A stretch of 64,000 bases of DNA from Botryllus schlosseri (lineage: Eukaryota): assembly GCA_051294905.1 (NCBI GenBank), contig CM119371.1, positions 22,384,001-22,448,000 of the forward strand, in the 5' to 3' direction. Below the pieces are notes generated by a model. The model had not been told where the DNA came from and searched no databases. It was given only the letters and a program-made list of their open reading frames with translations. The position numbers and the translations under genes were made by a program. Of this stretch, positions 1 through 13,558 are shown piece after piece (within the stretch, counting starts at the first letter, position 1; every line of letters starts with the position of its first letter).

Positions 1-1766
1 ATAAATAACGACCATGTTATCAAGGTTCTGCAGCATGTTGCATCAACTCAATAATGCGCGGCTCGGAATCGCTATGCTTGCAATATAGGTGAAAATGCTC
101 AACATCTCTAGCAATAAGGAGCCGCTAGAATCGCCAATAATTAACTCACAGCATTGCCAGAAAATACGATACCGGAATATGCACGGTCGAAAAAAATACC
201 CACGTATCTATTTTTAAGTAGCATTGACTTTATATTTATGTATGTATAGTAGCGTATTTATGCATGTATATTTATGGTCGCATAAAGTGTACTGTGCACA
301 GTTGAACTTTTCACCCCAGCTATACTGTAATTGTGATGTCATCACTTGCGATACTCGAATACTCGACTCGACACATGATGCTAGGTTCAGAATCGAATCA
401 TTCAGGTACTAGATTTCCACCAACCCTGATGTCCAGTTAAATCGCAATCAACCATAACACTAGCTTCTTCATTGGTGTATCGTGAGTATTCATGGTGATT
501 TCTGGAGTGACGAATGGAAGCTAAAAACTATGCCGGGATACATGGTTTTCCCATAATACTTCACATTCACGCATCTCTCCAGAATACAACATGACAACAA
601 AAAATCAATAAAATCTGCAAGATGGAATGAAAGTCAAAATTTAGGGGGTGAAAGCGAGACTTGACTCGCACTGATTTGAATCAGCATAATGTAAATCGTA
701 ACCACAGGTTTTGTCGTACCGCACTAGTTAGCAGCAGGGAACCCAACCCTGATATGTTCATCGTTATACCCACCCTCATCTACACGCCAGTACATGCAGG
801 TTCTCGATCTGAAGACGCTGAATGCGTTATCGGCGCGGTTAATTTTGGTATGCGATGTTGTTAGCTATAGAAGTGGCGAATTTTTCACTCGAATGCAGTA
901 GCTTCCGCCTTCGCATCAAAATCGAACCTCCCCCATGCGAGCGTTGCTGTATTCTGCGGGGATAGATGCAATAAGGTTGCTGAGTTCTCCCCCACTACAT
1001 AAACAGATTCTATCTGAATTCAACTGAAAGTTACGAGGGATGACAAAACAAAGGGTGTACGCAAACCAAACAAATATTCAGGGTCATCGCACAAAAAAGT
1101 TCGAGAACTTCTTGACCTAGGCCGGGGGTATCATAAAATCAACTGATGGTGCATTATTATCTTCGTATCGCCAAATCAAGTCCCTCACTCTTTGATAAAA
1201 CTGCGCTGTGTTTGAAAATTACTTTTCAAAGGTCTAAGATGTTTTAACTGTTTCTGAATCATTTTTTCCGCTGAACTCAGAAATGAAACCAGTTATTTTT
1301 TCTTGTCAGCATGAATGTGTGAAGTGTGAAATGAAAACGAAGTGTTCAAAAAAGCTTAAAAAAGATAGCGTCGCGTTGAATATGATGATATTAAGACCAT
1401 AAATACAACAGCATTATAAGAAGGAAATTATTTATGCTGACAAAAATGTCGCTTCAAAGATTTTCCGCCATGTGTGAAGTTATGTGGATCTCCCTTTAAG
1501 CACCAACGGTAATCTACAGGGGAATTAAATTAGCTGGAACTTGAAGGTTGGGCCATCTTTATCAAGTGCTCAGGTATAGTGTTTTATGAGACCAAGTTTA
1601 ATGTGGAGAGGTGACAAAAGAATATCTTGCGGATCAACTAAGTAATCAGATAGGACAGTTTTAAAACCGAATTGTAGAATATGCCCAAAGCTGATATTAT
1701 TCCTTAAACATCTTCACAGTATACTATAGGGAATGGTCTTCGTAATAATTGAAATATTTTCTAAAC

Positions 1767-2144
1767 CAGTGGTTCCCAACCTTTTTCGACTCATCGCCCC
1801 CTTTTCACGCTCTACACCGATCATCGTGCCCCAAATTTTGTGAACCGAAAAATGGGCATACACTCTCTAATCACCGGCGGGTTGACTGAAAAAAGGTCAA
1901 CTTTTCGGCTCGAATTCGAACTTAAACAGTTTTGCAGCTATAATTTGGCGAAAAAAAGGTGATTTGTCCGACTTGACTCCAATACTGCCATTGCGCCATC
2001 GCCCCCCCCCCATCGCCTCGTTGGCAATTTTAGCCCCCGTCGCCCCCTTTGTCCGCTGTCGCCCCTACCGAACCGTCGTTATTTTCTCCCCTAAACCGCC
2101 AAGCCGCCCCTCGGGGGCGATATCTCTCACGTTGGGAGCCACTG
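1767..2144. mobile_element. Non-autonomous hAT (Charlie-like) MITE
   Basis: TIRs CAGTGGTTCCCAAC / GTTGGGAGCCACTG; perfect 8-bp TSD TTCTAAAC (1759-1766, 2145-2152); subterminal ATCGCCCC repeats; same ends as 5894-7071. Confidence 0.9.
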
Positions 2145-3352
2145 TTCTAAACTTTTCATCAAAACGTCATTGCTAAATCCTTATTATGAGGTCACAAATC
2201 CCAATCGCATAACGCTGAAATCTGAATTTTTAGAAAATTCAAGTGCTATTTGCGAACTAAACTGGACGTGATCGAAGAAGAAGGATAACATTTTTAGATT
2301 CAGGATCAAAATGTACACTAGGAACCGTCAATACTTTAGGAACCTTAAAATTAACGCAGCACAGGGTAATATTAATGATATATTTCCCACTTACATCCTA
2401 GATATGTGTATTTGTTTTCTCATCGTTAATCTAACTGCTAGTCCAGAATGATGGTGAGCCGAGCCAGCAACAAGTAACAAATAACAAGAGAGGAAGTGCA
2501 CTGTTTCCTCAAAGACACGGGGCAGTCTGCTTGATTTATCGTGCGTCACTTGATGTTAATTTTAACATCGTAATTTTATTTTCTACCTGAACATTACAAA
2601 ATCATTGTCGTGGTGCACGTGACCTTAATAGTCGATAAGGATCACTGCTGTACGTGTGAAATGAGCAATTCATAAAATACCTTACGCAGGACACTGAAGT
2701 TGCCTACCAGACAGGATCGCGTTGAGAAATCGTATTAGTTTTTGAGTCACAGTCAACAAAACGCTAATTATAAGTACGCATACATGTAAATCCACTCGCG
2801 TCATCAAGCGAATACAAATATTTACATCTGTATCTGTTGCTAGCCACACCTATAGCTGGCGTCTTGTTGGCGTCTAGTGAGCAGCGTTCCATGTCCCATT
2901 ATTTGACAGATACCTACTCTAATCAGTGGCAGTGTTTTGAATGTTAAGCAGACGTAATGTCCATTGCACCTCGATGTGAAAATTCAGTTGAAGATCGGAA
3001 ATATATGATTGAGCAGTTGTAAGAAGGTGGAAGGAAGAGGGTAAGAAGGATATAAAGTTTATTCAGTTCCGACGCAAGATCGGATACCTTGAACGAATGA
3101 TTTTAACTATAGTCATCAACAGAATTGCTTAAGCGATTAGTTGGTTCGTTGCCCCATCAGATTGAAATACAAAAATTAGCACTTGGCGGTAAGCCTAAAA
3201 CAAGCTGGCCTGGTTTCTGTCTCAAATATGCTATCCATGATACAGAACATAGCATAATCTCTCATCCGGTGACAGAAACTTTGACTAGAATCCAGCGGTT
3301 ATCAACCTGTGGGCTGATTACCCCACATGGGTAATTTTCGAATATTCTACTC

Positions 3353-4149
3353 CGGGGGTGGCCAACTTTTTCGGCCAATGGGCCGCATGAGATTTACGAA
3401 CCATTGCGCGGGACACTTGAATGTTGATGTCCTATTTTAGTCGTCCGATAGGAGCGAACCGGATTAAGTAACAGTAAAATAGCACTTATATTACTACACA
3501 CCAAAATCGAGAAGGACTATGTCACGAAAACTGTGTGTACACGCGCAAGTCGTGCGAAGCGCGAAGTTTTTTGAAAGTTAAGGTATAAATGCTGTCAAAA
3601 ATAATTTAGTTACATATCTGGTGGGACGCCTCTGTATACCACGGGGCTCATTTGGCCAGGACATAATTAATCGGCGCTTTGACATATCAATATCGAGGAT
3701 TTAAGTGCACTGCACATGCACGACGCACGTTCTCCCATAGTTCTCCCATAGACGCATTATTGATTAAAATTTCCAGTGGAGGAGGCACCAATACTAAAAG
3801 CGAGAAAAAAAGTAGCAATAAATCGCGCGAAATGCTATGAAAAAATATCATGTTAAATATATCTACCATGAAATATACTACTTTATGGTTATGTACGAAG
3901 ATCTACGAAAATTATTGATGGCCCATTGCTACGCCAGTGCGTCGGAACTGATATGTTAGTCATCAACAACCTAAAGTTCGTGGTCAGGCTAATTAAATTT
4001 TAGGTTAGTCTCTCAAGTTCACAATAAATTTCCTGGATAACGTATTTTTTGATATTATAACTGATTTCTAGAATTACTTCACGGGTCACTCAAAACCTTC
4101 TCGCGGCTACATTTGGCCGGCGGGCCACTGTGTTTGAGAAAAAAAACTG
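3353..4149. mobile_element. Degenerate hAT MITE related to 37090-37815
   Basis: Left end (C)GGGGGTGGCCAACTTTTTCGGCCAATGGGCC; 3' part 3880-4130 resembles 37570-37800; right TIR and TSD decayed. Confidence 0.6.
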
Positions 4150-4434
4150 TACTACAACCTCAAAAAGTATTTCAACTAAACAGAATCCCCTTCACCCCCG
4201 GATATTATCGAATCCATTTCATGCGCTATTGCGTTTTGATCATTTTCACGCATTGTATGTAAAAGGCAAATGATTGGAACCGGATTTCGAAAAACTATGA
4301 TTCCGTACATCTTTAGTCCAGTCAACCCCTGAAACTGGCTCACGAAAGTTCTAGTGTTCAATGGAACACGGTTTAACAACAACTGGACAGTATTTTGAAT
4401 GTTAGGATCAATGTGGAATTGTAAATAAACATAG

Positions 4435-4503
4435 TTATGTACGAAGAAGATCGATCTCCAAGCAATGGCTACCTCTCGAATACATCAAACCGCGGTGATC
4501 AAA
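4435..4503 (+). CDS. Candidate upstream or first coding exon of the ZU5 gene (MYEEDRSPSNGYLSNTSNRGDQ)
   Basis: AG acceptor at 4433-4434, ATG at 4437, open frame, strong donor GTGAGT at 4504; ends in phase 1, compatible with the downstream exons. No homology support. Confidence 0.35.
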
Positions 4504-4749
4504 GTGAGTATACGATGATCGATATATATTAATTGCAGAAGATTGGGGATATTTCTGGGTTGAAGCCTCTAATTTTACATTCTAAAACTGTGCATGTAGT
4601 ATAAATTGTTATGATGTCCTTTGTGATAAACTATATGGTTATAATCACACTTGAGCATTTTTGGCATGTACGAAAAATAACAAAATAGCTCATTTTTCAG
4701 ATTTATTTCTAAAGTCGCCGCAAATTAACACTCGAATTAATCTTATAGG

Positions 4750-5589
4750 TACGGCGTTTTTTTACCTGAAAAAGGGAAAATTTTGACCTAAAAAATCAAA
4801 ATTTTGACTTTTTGTGACCTAAACAAACTGAATGTTGACCAAATTTTGACTTAACGTATGCAAATTAGGTGTTTTCCCACATTGTGTCAAAATTGTACCA
4901 CTTATCTACATTTGTGGTTGGAACTGGCTGTCCTAACGAAGTAGTTTGGCCTGAAAAAACGTTTTTGGCATATAAACAGGAAACTTTGTACATAAAAACA
5001 ACACAACATTTTTAACGAAATCTGGCCCTATGAAGAATTCCAGTAGTTGCAAGACGTATTATGGTGGAAATAATTAAAACGTTTTGTAGTACGAGAGATA
5101 CCTTCCTACATTCTTGGGTAGAAAGTGGTTGTCCTTACTAAGAAACTCGCCAAGGACGTTCAACAGCAGCAGTTCTTTGCTCACAACAGTCAAGTTGTGC
5201 GTACACTGCTGGTGACACACCATGTTGCTTCATTCTGACAATGTTGTCTACATCACAATTTTTCATCATGCGCTTCTCAATATAAGAATGATGCAATACC
5301 CAAGAAGTTTTTCTTCAGTTAGGATATTGCGGTACGTTAATGATAATACCATGTCTGCCGATTTGTTTTATTTGACCATTTATGATTTAAAATGAGCAGA
5401 AAATTAGCTGTTTACAATAGTAGGCTTATTAAGTAGGCTGCAAGCCGTAAAATTTGAAATGATACGCTCATCGGCAGTGCAATATCTACGATACTAACGA
5501 AATAAAGACGCCAATTTTTTTTGGACTTTATATACAATTTTGACAACATTTTGACAAATTTTGACATGTCAAAAAAAAAAAACGTCCTA
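4750..5589 (-). mobile_element. Internally deleted hAT element carrying a transposase C-terminal remnant
   Basis: TIRs TACGGCGTTTTT / AAAAACGTCCTA; TSD CTTATAGG/CTTATAAG; GACCTAAA/TTTTGAC subterminal repeats; minus-strand broken translation at about 5090-5290 (SPAVYAQLDCCEQRTAAVER...LSKDNHFLPKNVGRYLSYY) resembles the hAT dimerisation motif TSxxVERxFS. Confidence 0.7.
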
Positions 5590-5893
5590 CTTATAAGCGT
5601 TTCCTGTTGTTTGTTGTTGTTGTTTTTGGTGTTCGTGGTATTTTAACTACCATAATTATTTTCGTCAGGCCGATATTTATTATTATGATTCCTGATTTGT
5701 CTTGGCTTCCGTTCTATACTTTTGAAGAGCTTCTTGGAGGTACATAACTTCAATATACAATTGAATAGTATATTCATATTGAAATAAACCCGAATATTTT
5801 CGGCTGCCACTCGTCAGATGTATCGTCAGCAACTAGTAGAGAATTCAAAAGAACATCGTATATCAACAATCGTTCAATGTACAATATTTAGAT

Positions 5894-7071
5894 CAGTGGT
5901 TCCCAACCTTTTTCGACTCATCGCCCCCTTTTGAAGCTCCACACCGATCATCGCCCCCCAAATATTGGGAACCGAAAAACAGCACTTCGTCACCCCTCCC
6001 CCCCCGAAAAAACGTTGGTATTTGGCCCCATGGAGTGATAAACCAAACCCCAGACCCCCCTCAGCCAGTGGGCTTTTTGTCGGTACATATCAGCTATACC
6101 CTATTTCATGTACTGTTTGGTGGGTGACCGTATTTCGCCTATACGCGCGAAGCGCGACAAATTTATATAATTCATGTTTGAATCGGTCAATATGGTCGAT
6201 GTGGCATGTTGGAAAAGGTAGGACCCCTAAATAATAATTAAACATATTCGGGCGGAATCGTTGTTATATTGACTTCTTTACATGATGCTATTTCGTGACC
6301 TCCTATATCTGTTATGTCAGAAGATATGGAAATGGTCAAATGTACCAAACTAAAAGACGCACATGATTTCATATTGGTATTTCTTTACTGGAAAATAATT
6401 TTTTCCTTGCGGGATGTCATTTGTCCTGTAGGGTTTAGGTCGCCAGGACAGGAACATTTGACGCCAGCAATTGAGGCGCCTATGGACAATTAAAAATATA
6501 TGCATATATATCGAAGTTTTCGGTCAACACAAGGACATTCCTTTTCGGCCAAGGTCTTCTCGCTGCTGATCGTTCTGGCACACTTCTCGGAGTCGCATGT
6601 TACATGGCCTCTAACTTCATATGTCTTAATGCGTCGTGGCGCATTAATGGCCGGCGCCCAAGTCTCACATTTCCATAAATCATGCGTATTTTTGTTGGGT
6701 GACGGGGACCCCAACAGCAAGATACATGAAAATATTAAATCGCGCAGAGCGCGAAAATTTTTTGAAAAAGTCGCGTGAATTTCTATATAATTACTCTATC
6801 ATTCATGTTAATTCACGAAATAATTTTGAGCTTCCTTCGATTTTGGGCCCCCACCCCCAATTGGGGGGTTTGGGGTGCGGTAGTTACGGTCCCGACTCCA
6901 ATGTAGGTGTTTTAACGCACCATCGCCCCCCTATCGCCCCCTTCGTTGTTTTCGCCCCTATCGCCCCCTTCGACCGTTTTCGCCCCCCTATCGCCCCCTT
7001 CGTTATTTTCGCCCCCCTAGACCAACAAATCGCCCCCTGGGGGGCGATATCGCCCACGTTGGGAACCACTG
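5894..7071. mobile_element. Non-autonomous hAT (Charlie-like) element
   Basis: TIRs CAGTGGTTCCCAAC / GTTGGGAACCACTG; perfect TSD ATTTAGAT; ATCGCCCC subterminal array; internal ~6230-6895 is homologous to ~39885-40565. Confidence 0.92.
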
Positions 7072-7091
7072 ATTTAGATGATACACGAACT

Positions 7092-7258
7092 CTTTTTGTT
7101 GACACAGCCTTGGATGGTGTATTTTGATAAAAGTCGATTCCAAGGCACACAAATGAAAGTGTGAGCGCATACTCGAAAAGGGTCGCTCACACTTTCATTT
7201 GTGTGCCTTGGAGTCGACTTTATCAAAATACACCAGCCAAGGCTGTGTTAACAAAAAG
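7092..7258. repeat. Near-perfect hairpin (~75-bp arms, 16-nt loop)
   Basis: 7092-7167 is the reverse complement of 7184-7258 with only a few mismatches and one indel. Confidence 0.9.
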
Positions 7259-7942
7259 GCCCACAGGCCTCGTGTTTGAGACCCCTGTTATAGGGTATAT
7301 AGGCTATGTCAAATGTGCCCGTTCCATAATTTCTTTAAAGACTAGGAAATACTTGTTTTTTTTCTTCATGTTATCGTAGTACCTAACACTGAATTGGCAC
7401 CAAATTCGCGTTATAAAATTGACCTGCTCGTTATTCCCTGTAATAGGACTTGGTGCTTGGAAAATGTCACTATTGTCGGGTCACAACTGCTATCCGGTAT
7501 TCGCGGAATAGAGTCAAGTCAAGTTACTCTCTTTTAGAATTAGCTCAAGTCATGTCAAGTCAAATCAAGTTAAGTCAAATTTTCGGGTTACTTCGCGTGA
7601 TATAAATGAGGAAACCGGAAATCATACCGATTGCTTACGCATTGAAGTTTGCGATGGCTGAAGTACGGATTGAGGTGTTCTTAATCGATCATCGAATATT
7701 AAGCTGATTATACCCGGCACTAGTCATAACAGCTGGCGCCGAAGCGCATGGATTGCTGAACAGTCATTGGTGTCCATCTGTCCAAAGTCCAAACGCAACG
7801 AATCATGTCGGAGAAGTTCCGCAAATAGTCTATTGTCTAGTTATCCCTAAAATATTATTGCAAAGTCATCATCATTATATGAACAAATGAGAATTCTCCT
7901 ATACGAGTGAAATCACGCGATATACCTACCGATCACCGCTAT

Positions 7943-10398
7943 CAGCTATGATGATTGCGCATTGTGGGTGTTAAAAAATTTGTTTTTTCAAATTTCATTG
8001 GCGCACACCAAATTTGACTCAAGTACAGTAGACGGTAGAAGCGCAGATCAGTCAAATTGAAATGTGGGTCATTTCTCAAATACTAGAATTTACTGTGACC
8101 AATTTAGTCACACCGTCATGACCAAAAATCGTGTTCCGGGTACGCTTGAAGATGCGGGGATGTCTTTCTCACGTCTTTTGATCTTGACAAACGCCTATGG
8201 GGGAGTTTAGAGAAATACATCGTCAGTAAAAGAAATAAAAGATATGACACGGATTAGCTGGAAATTTGTCCGCTTCATTGGTATAGCTACGTTAAAACAA
8301 TGGTGAGAAAATTTTCAAATAGAGTACTTTACGCACTGAAATTAACGTCCACGAAAAGGAAATGAACTGACAAGCTAGTAAGATACGGGTAAATATATTT
8401 CTCTAGTGATAATCAATATCTATATATTCTTTGTCGGTAGCCTATGTCTTCATGATACAATTTCATATTATATGATATTATATCATTTGCTCTGCAGCAT
8501 TCCTATTGACCTCTCACGGGCGATTTATAAGACTAATGGGCATCGCGACAGATCTTCATCCTATCAAAAGTTATCGTCCTGTGTCATCCTCCATATTCGG
8601 TTATTACCGTCTAATTGTGTCCATATATCGTGGTAAAACACCAATGATGTTTATTACTCTATGACAAGATGGTTCAGGTGATATTAAGAGACCAGATAAT
8701 GGCAAACGTGCTTTATAAGCTCAGATGGTTACCGTTTGGTTTCTCTGAAGATCGCAAAGTTTCGAGCAGACCAAAAGCTCTAGCATCAACGCTTATATGA
8801 AGTACCAGAAATGCTTTTTCAACTCATGAATACTATTCAGTGACATAGCCCAGTGGTTCTCAAAGTGGGCGCCAGCGCCCCCTGGGGGCGTTCGTGAGCT
8901 TGAGGAGGGCGCTAGCCGTGAATTGGGCGATTAGGGGACGCTGTCTATAACTTCGGGCGGTAGGAGGGCGCTGAGAGCCAATGGGTGCGGTGTAGGTTTA
9001 GCAGGCAACTGCTTCGTAGCGTTGAAATGATTGATAAATAAGACAGCTGAATACGCAGTAAAAATGCAAAATCGATTCAGTCGGGGTCGTCCGTTTACTT
9101 AATCAGTTGAACCGGAAATGTCCACAGTTACTTGACAATGCTAATCCTGCCCATAGATGGACTAATTTATTAGTTGACAGAATCCCTGGAACGCATGGTT
9201 CATTGTGTGCTGTGATAACTACGAAGTATTTGAGCAGTTATTGCTCACTGCAAGGTGTGATGGCTTTTTAAGGACCTCTTCGTCCTTACCCTTCCTGGGG
9301 ACATCTTCCTCGTTACCCTTCCTCGGTCATATTTGATAGAACGTGTTTTCAGTGTCATGACAGAGTTTCTGACTCACAGCAGAAACTGACTTGACAGTAC
9401 GGACGGGGAGACTGGGGATTTCAGAATGAGATTGTTCTTATGAAAACTCAAACTCAATAAGACGAGGGTGACGAGGATAATACACCAGCTTCGTCCGTCT
9501 CATTATTAGCTGCAATGAATGCAGAACTACTTTGGTTTCATGATTTAGGCGAGGTGAGGTGGAAGGGGGGGGGGGGTCGGTGGCGCTGGTAGTTTTTTCG
9601 TTGTCCAGGGGCGGTAGCTCAAGAAAGTTTGGGAACCATCTGACATAGCCCATTCTAAATAGCAATCACCACCATTTTTCACGCCCTGGATCAGTCAATG
9701 TCAAGTAGTAGAGAGTCATTAAAACTAACCCTGAGCTGCTGAGGACTGCAACTGATGTCTCTGTGGATGAGATTGCGGGGATGGCAACTTTTCAATCAGT
9801 ACAACCTTCGAATCAAGGCAGAGAGACATCGGTACGACCTGCGTAACTGGGATAGATTTTGTGAAATCTAAATTGGTCCGACAAACAAACTTCTATATAT
9901 TACTATCACTTAAGAAATATATTTACTCGTATTTTACCATCTTTTCAGCTCATTTCCTTTTCGTGGTCGTTAATTTCAGTGCGCAAAGTACTCTATTTGA
10001 AAATTATTTCACCATCCTTTTAACGTTGCTATTTCAACGAAGTGCACTAATTTCCAGCTAATCCGTTTCATATATTTTCTTTTTCTTTTACTGGCAATGT
10101 CTTCATCCAAACTCCGCCATAGGCCCTTGTCAAGATCAAAACAAGTGGAAAAGACATCCCTGCCTCTTCAGGCATACCTGGAACACAATTTTTGGCCACG
10201 TCGGTGTGACGAAATTGGTCACCGTAAATACTACTATTTGAGAAATGACGGAAATTTCAATTCGACTGACCTCGGCTTTCACTGGTTGGAATTGAGTCAA
10301 ATTCAGTACATCTTTTTTTTAGGTAACCTGACGATTTGACAACCAAGCCGATGAAATTGAAAAAAAAAATTTAACACCCCTATTGCGCATTGTAAGCT
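7943..10398. mobile_element. Old long-inverted-repeat (foldback or Mutator-like) element
   Basis: ~7943-8425 and ~9890-10398 are diverged reverse complements (e.g. CGGATTAGCTGGAAATT / AATTTCCAGCTAATCCG; TCAAATAGAGTACTTT / AAAGTACTCTATTTGA); nested MITE at 8851-9642. Confidence 0.7.
8851..9642. mobile_element. Non-autonomous hAT (Charlie-like) MITE
   Basis: TIRs CAGTGGTTCTCAAA / TTTGGGAACCATCTG; perfect TSD ACATAGCC; inverted relative at 56678-57261. Confidence 0.88.
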
Positions 10399-10805
10399 GT
10401 TTGATATGCAATATTATAGTGTACGCAGTTATGCAGGAATTTGCAATATGTGTGCTTGACGTGCCCCTAATAATAATGCAATTATCTTTAGTTTTTCTGA
10501 AACAAATTATTGTGTAATTGCTCGTTAATGCATCAAAAACTCTAATCTATACATTCCTAACTCGGTCAATTGCGTGAGTCACATGTCACAGAATGAATAT
10601 AATTTACAATTCGAAATCTCTGACGTACGAACAATGACATTTCGGCAATCAGTACCACCCACCTTACACCCCGATCTCGTGTATGCTTTCTCGAAGTTTC
10701 AAATTGGATACTGAGAAACCATGGCACTGTTCTGATATTTGTACACGAAAACGTTATTAGAGTGTCTATCATACATCGTATTCATCTATTACGGCATTTC
10801 AACAG

Positions 10806-10928
10806 AATCAGTGGTATTGGCTCAAGGCAACAAGGATCATCGGACGATCGAAAATAGTGATATTTATAATATGGCTTCTATCTTCAAAAATCCCGACGCC
10901 TCCTGGTTCGACGCACAAAGTATCCATG
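10806..10928 (+). CDS. Candidate phase 1-1 internal exon (SVVLAQGNKDHRTIENSDIYNMASIFKNPDASWFDAQSIH)
   Basis: TTTCAACAG acceptor, 123 nt open frame, G|GTAAAA donor; same phase as the downstream repeated exons. Confidence 0.45.
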
Positions 10929-11456
10929 GTAAAACACGTACGTATGTAAACATTTCACCGCTATACATATGGTGGTAAAACAGGGGAATGTCAATTTCAT
11001 ATTTCAAATAGATTGATCTAATATGAAGCAATATTTGTATATCGACGATGTAGATTCATCAGTAAGTCTGCAAATGATAAAATACGTTGGTCAACATATG
11101 TTAAGCAAACAAAGTAAAAGTGATGTTTTCCTGGGTTATGACAGACACTGATACCAAATAAAGCATTATATTTTTTCAAATTGGTTCAAGTTTTAGAGAT
11201 GCGGCTTTTTGACTAAAATCTCATATATCAGCCTTATGCTCTGGATAAAAAATCCCATCCGTACAATAAATCTCAGGAATACAATTTATTGCCAAACAAA
11301 GATCTCGCACCAGGTCATGAGAAGTCTAAATTGATTGAATAACTGGACCACATGCGGATTCTTCATAATCAATTATTATATGTCTATGTATGGGCCGTTA
11401 AAAGTAAAAGAAAAATAGGATTTACCCACTAAGCGTAATTGTTTAGGGATAAATGC

Positions 11457-12379
11457 TGGGGATGGTGTGAGCTTGAAATTCTCGTTCGCGTACTGTGTGT
11501 GAACTGCAGAAATTTGTAGGATATCGTTCGCAAATGAGCTTCAAAACTTTTACGCATATTACAACGTTTGCCGCTATTACAACCTCTTTGGTTGCTATTC
11601 CTTCCATTAAAACTTTGTACTACTCTTTTGATGGTGATGGAAGCGAGAAAATAAATTCAGCACTAAACGAGCTGACACCCTGCCCTTTTCCAAAATGCTA
11701 TTAGCTTTGTTAGAAACGTTTGCTCAAAATATTCAACTTTCCGTTCGTGAATATTTATTAACTCTATGTTCTGATCTTGGTCCCGATACCGATAAATGGA
11801 TCATATCAACTAAAGTGATATAAAGAATGCATTGTGTGCTAATATAAAATGCATAGCAGATATCGATCTTGATATGATATGTTTATTGGCTCATATAAAC
11901 CAAATACGTCCGATTAAGGTGTTGGCTACTATGAAACTTGATTTCGAGGTCATATCTGCAGCAAGTATAGACACCGGTACTTAACCCTGATCAATATCAA
12001 TGTAGCAATAGTCTTGAGAATACATTGTACGGTCTAGCCTGCCCTAGACCTTTAGGGCGTAAGCTTATATTTCATAGGCATAGCAGGGGCTTGTGACAAT
12101 TATTTACAAAGCGACGTAAAATATGGATGCCATGGAATTTATAAAAAAATTGATTTTTCCAGGTGATGAAGTTAGTAATGCATAAAATGTGAGCTTTTAG
12201 TTCAGCATTGTGGCTAAATGTGGCAATAGTCGTCGCTAGGTATTGTGGATAATATTATATTTCATTACGTAAATGTAGGGTTGGAATTAGCAATATGACA
12301 TCCTGTGACGTCACAGGTTTGTGTCCAAGATTGCGTTCATATAGAACCATTCACGGGTTCGATGTTCGCACCATTCCTA
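11457..12379. mobile_element. Old hAT element embedded in the tandem duplication unit
   Basis: Termini TGGGGATGGTGTG / CACCATTCCTA; same family as 41979-42919; duplicated copies or fragments near 17460, 23940, 26950, 45690-46058. Confidence 0.75.
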
Positions 12380-13011
12380 GTAAATACGGTAAATTCGGTT
12401 CATTGAAGGATATTGGTAACTTCTAAACTAGAATCAATCGGGCAAAACTAATGTCGCATTCGTCGTTAGAAACAACAGAAAACACAGTCAGATGTACGGA
12501 CAATTTTTTTCTCATTTTGTTGACCAGTGATATGACGAAATTCGATATGCAGTGTTATGTTGGCTGCGCTGCGCGCAAATAAGTCCCACGACCACAATCG
12601 AATTTCTCACACTAAAATTGTTTTTGATATACCTGTATTGTTCACTTTCTATGTTAACGATAACAATCTATTAATAAAACAATGATATTACAGTCCTGAT
12701 GAAGTATTTTCAAAAGTTACAAATCATCATCATTTGCCAAGTTATTTTCTGTCTGCGCATTGCTGTGCTATTCGGGTACGCAAGGTCCATCCATATCTTT
12801 ATACACGGCTGAGGAGCCGACATATTGGACTGATAGAAGGACCGATATATGAAGAAATTGAACTTATAGATATCGTAGGTTTCAGAACGAATATCAATGG
12901 TTAATTGTTGAATTAGGGAGTATATTTTTTTTCTGTGCATTTACTGTAAATTGTGCGGCAAAGCTGAATGACTGAATGTTTTATGTGATGTTAATAATTA
13001 CCGTGTTTCAG

Positions 13012-13128
13012 CTACTGACACTTTTAAGCTGAGCCCAGAGTTGGGCAATATACATGCGAAAAGTTCAAGAGCAGAAGAACATGGAACAGATACTCCAAAC
13101 GCATCCACTCTCGAAAAGGATGCACCAG
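13012..13128 (+). CDS. Repeated linker exon R1 (TDTFKLSPELGNIHAKSSRAEEHGTDTPNASTLEKDAP)
   Basis: GTGTTTCAG acceptor, CAG|GTGAGT donor, 117 nt, phase 1-1, open; splice sites and frame kept in five paralogous copies. Confidence 0.8.
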
Positions 13129-13276
13129 GTGAGTCCCGTTTTGTTGTGTGATATTTAGGGATGAGCTTAGAGAATGACAGATTTTATTCATATATCATGT
13201 CCTCACATTTGAATCGGGTATGCGTCGAATCGCTACAACAGAAAATTCAAATTTGATGTGATTTTCTTGAGCACCA

Positions 13277-13558
13277 GTTTGTTTGTTTGATGTATTTATG
13301 GTGTGTGTCGACTATACTATGGTCATTTACACCAGGCCCAGAGTTTATTTTATGTATGATTCCGTAACTGCCGATTTGTAGCACGGCCCACTTCTAGGCT
13401 TTTCGTAAGACACCGCTCACGCGGATTAGTTGTCGAGAAAGAACCTAGATAAACCTCCAACACTTAGGTTGGAATTCCAGCATCGACCTTGGTCGGACTC
13501 GAACCTGCAACCCATTGGTGTTGCAGCTGTGGATTATACCACTACGATATTTCGCCAC
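13277..13558 (-). mobile_element. tRNA-derived SINE
   Basis: Minus-strand A-box-like TAGTGG and B box GGTTCGAGTCC, (AAAC)n tail; further minus copies at about 19451-19728, 21753-22033, 24768-25034, 27921-28193, 48160-48420. Confidence 0.8.

Noticed and set aside
6699..7150. Pro/Ile/Ala-repeat ORFs (PPIAPF)
   Set aside because: Translation of the ATCGCCCC subterminal repeats of a MITE.
7853..7930. Death-domain-like peptide IIAKSSSLYEQMRILLYE
   Set aside because: Bounded by in-frame TAA and TGA, with no convincing splice sites; too short to call.
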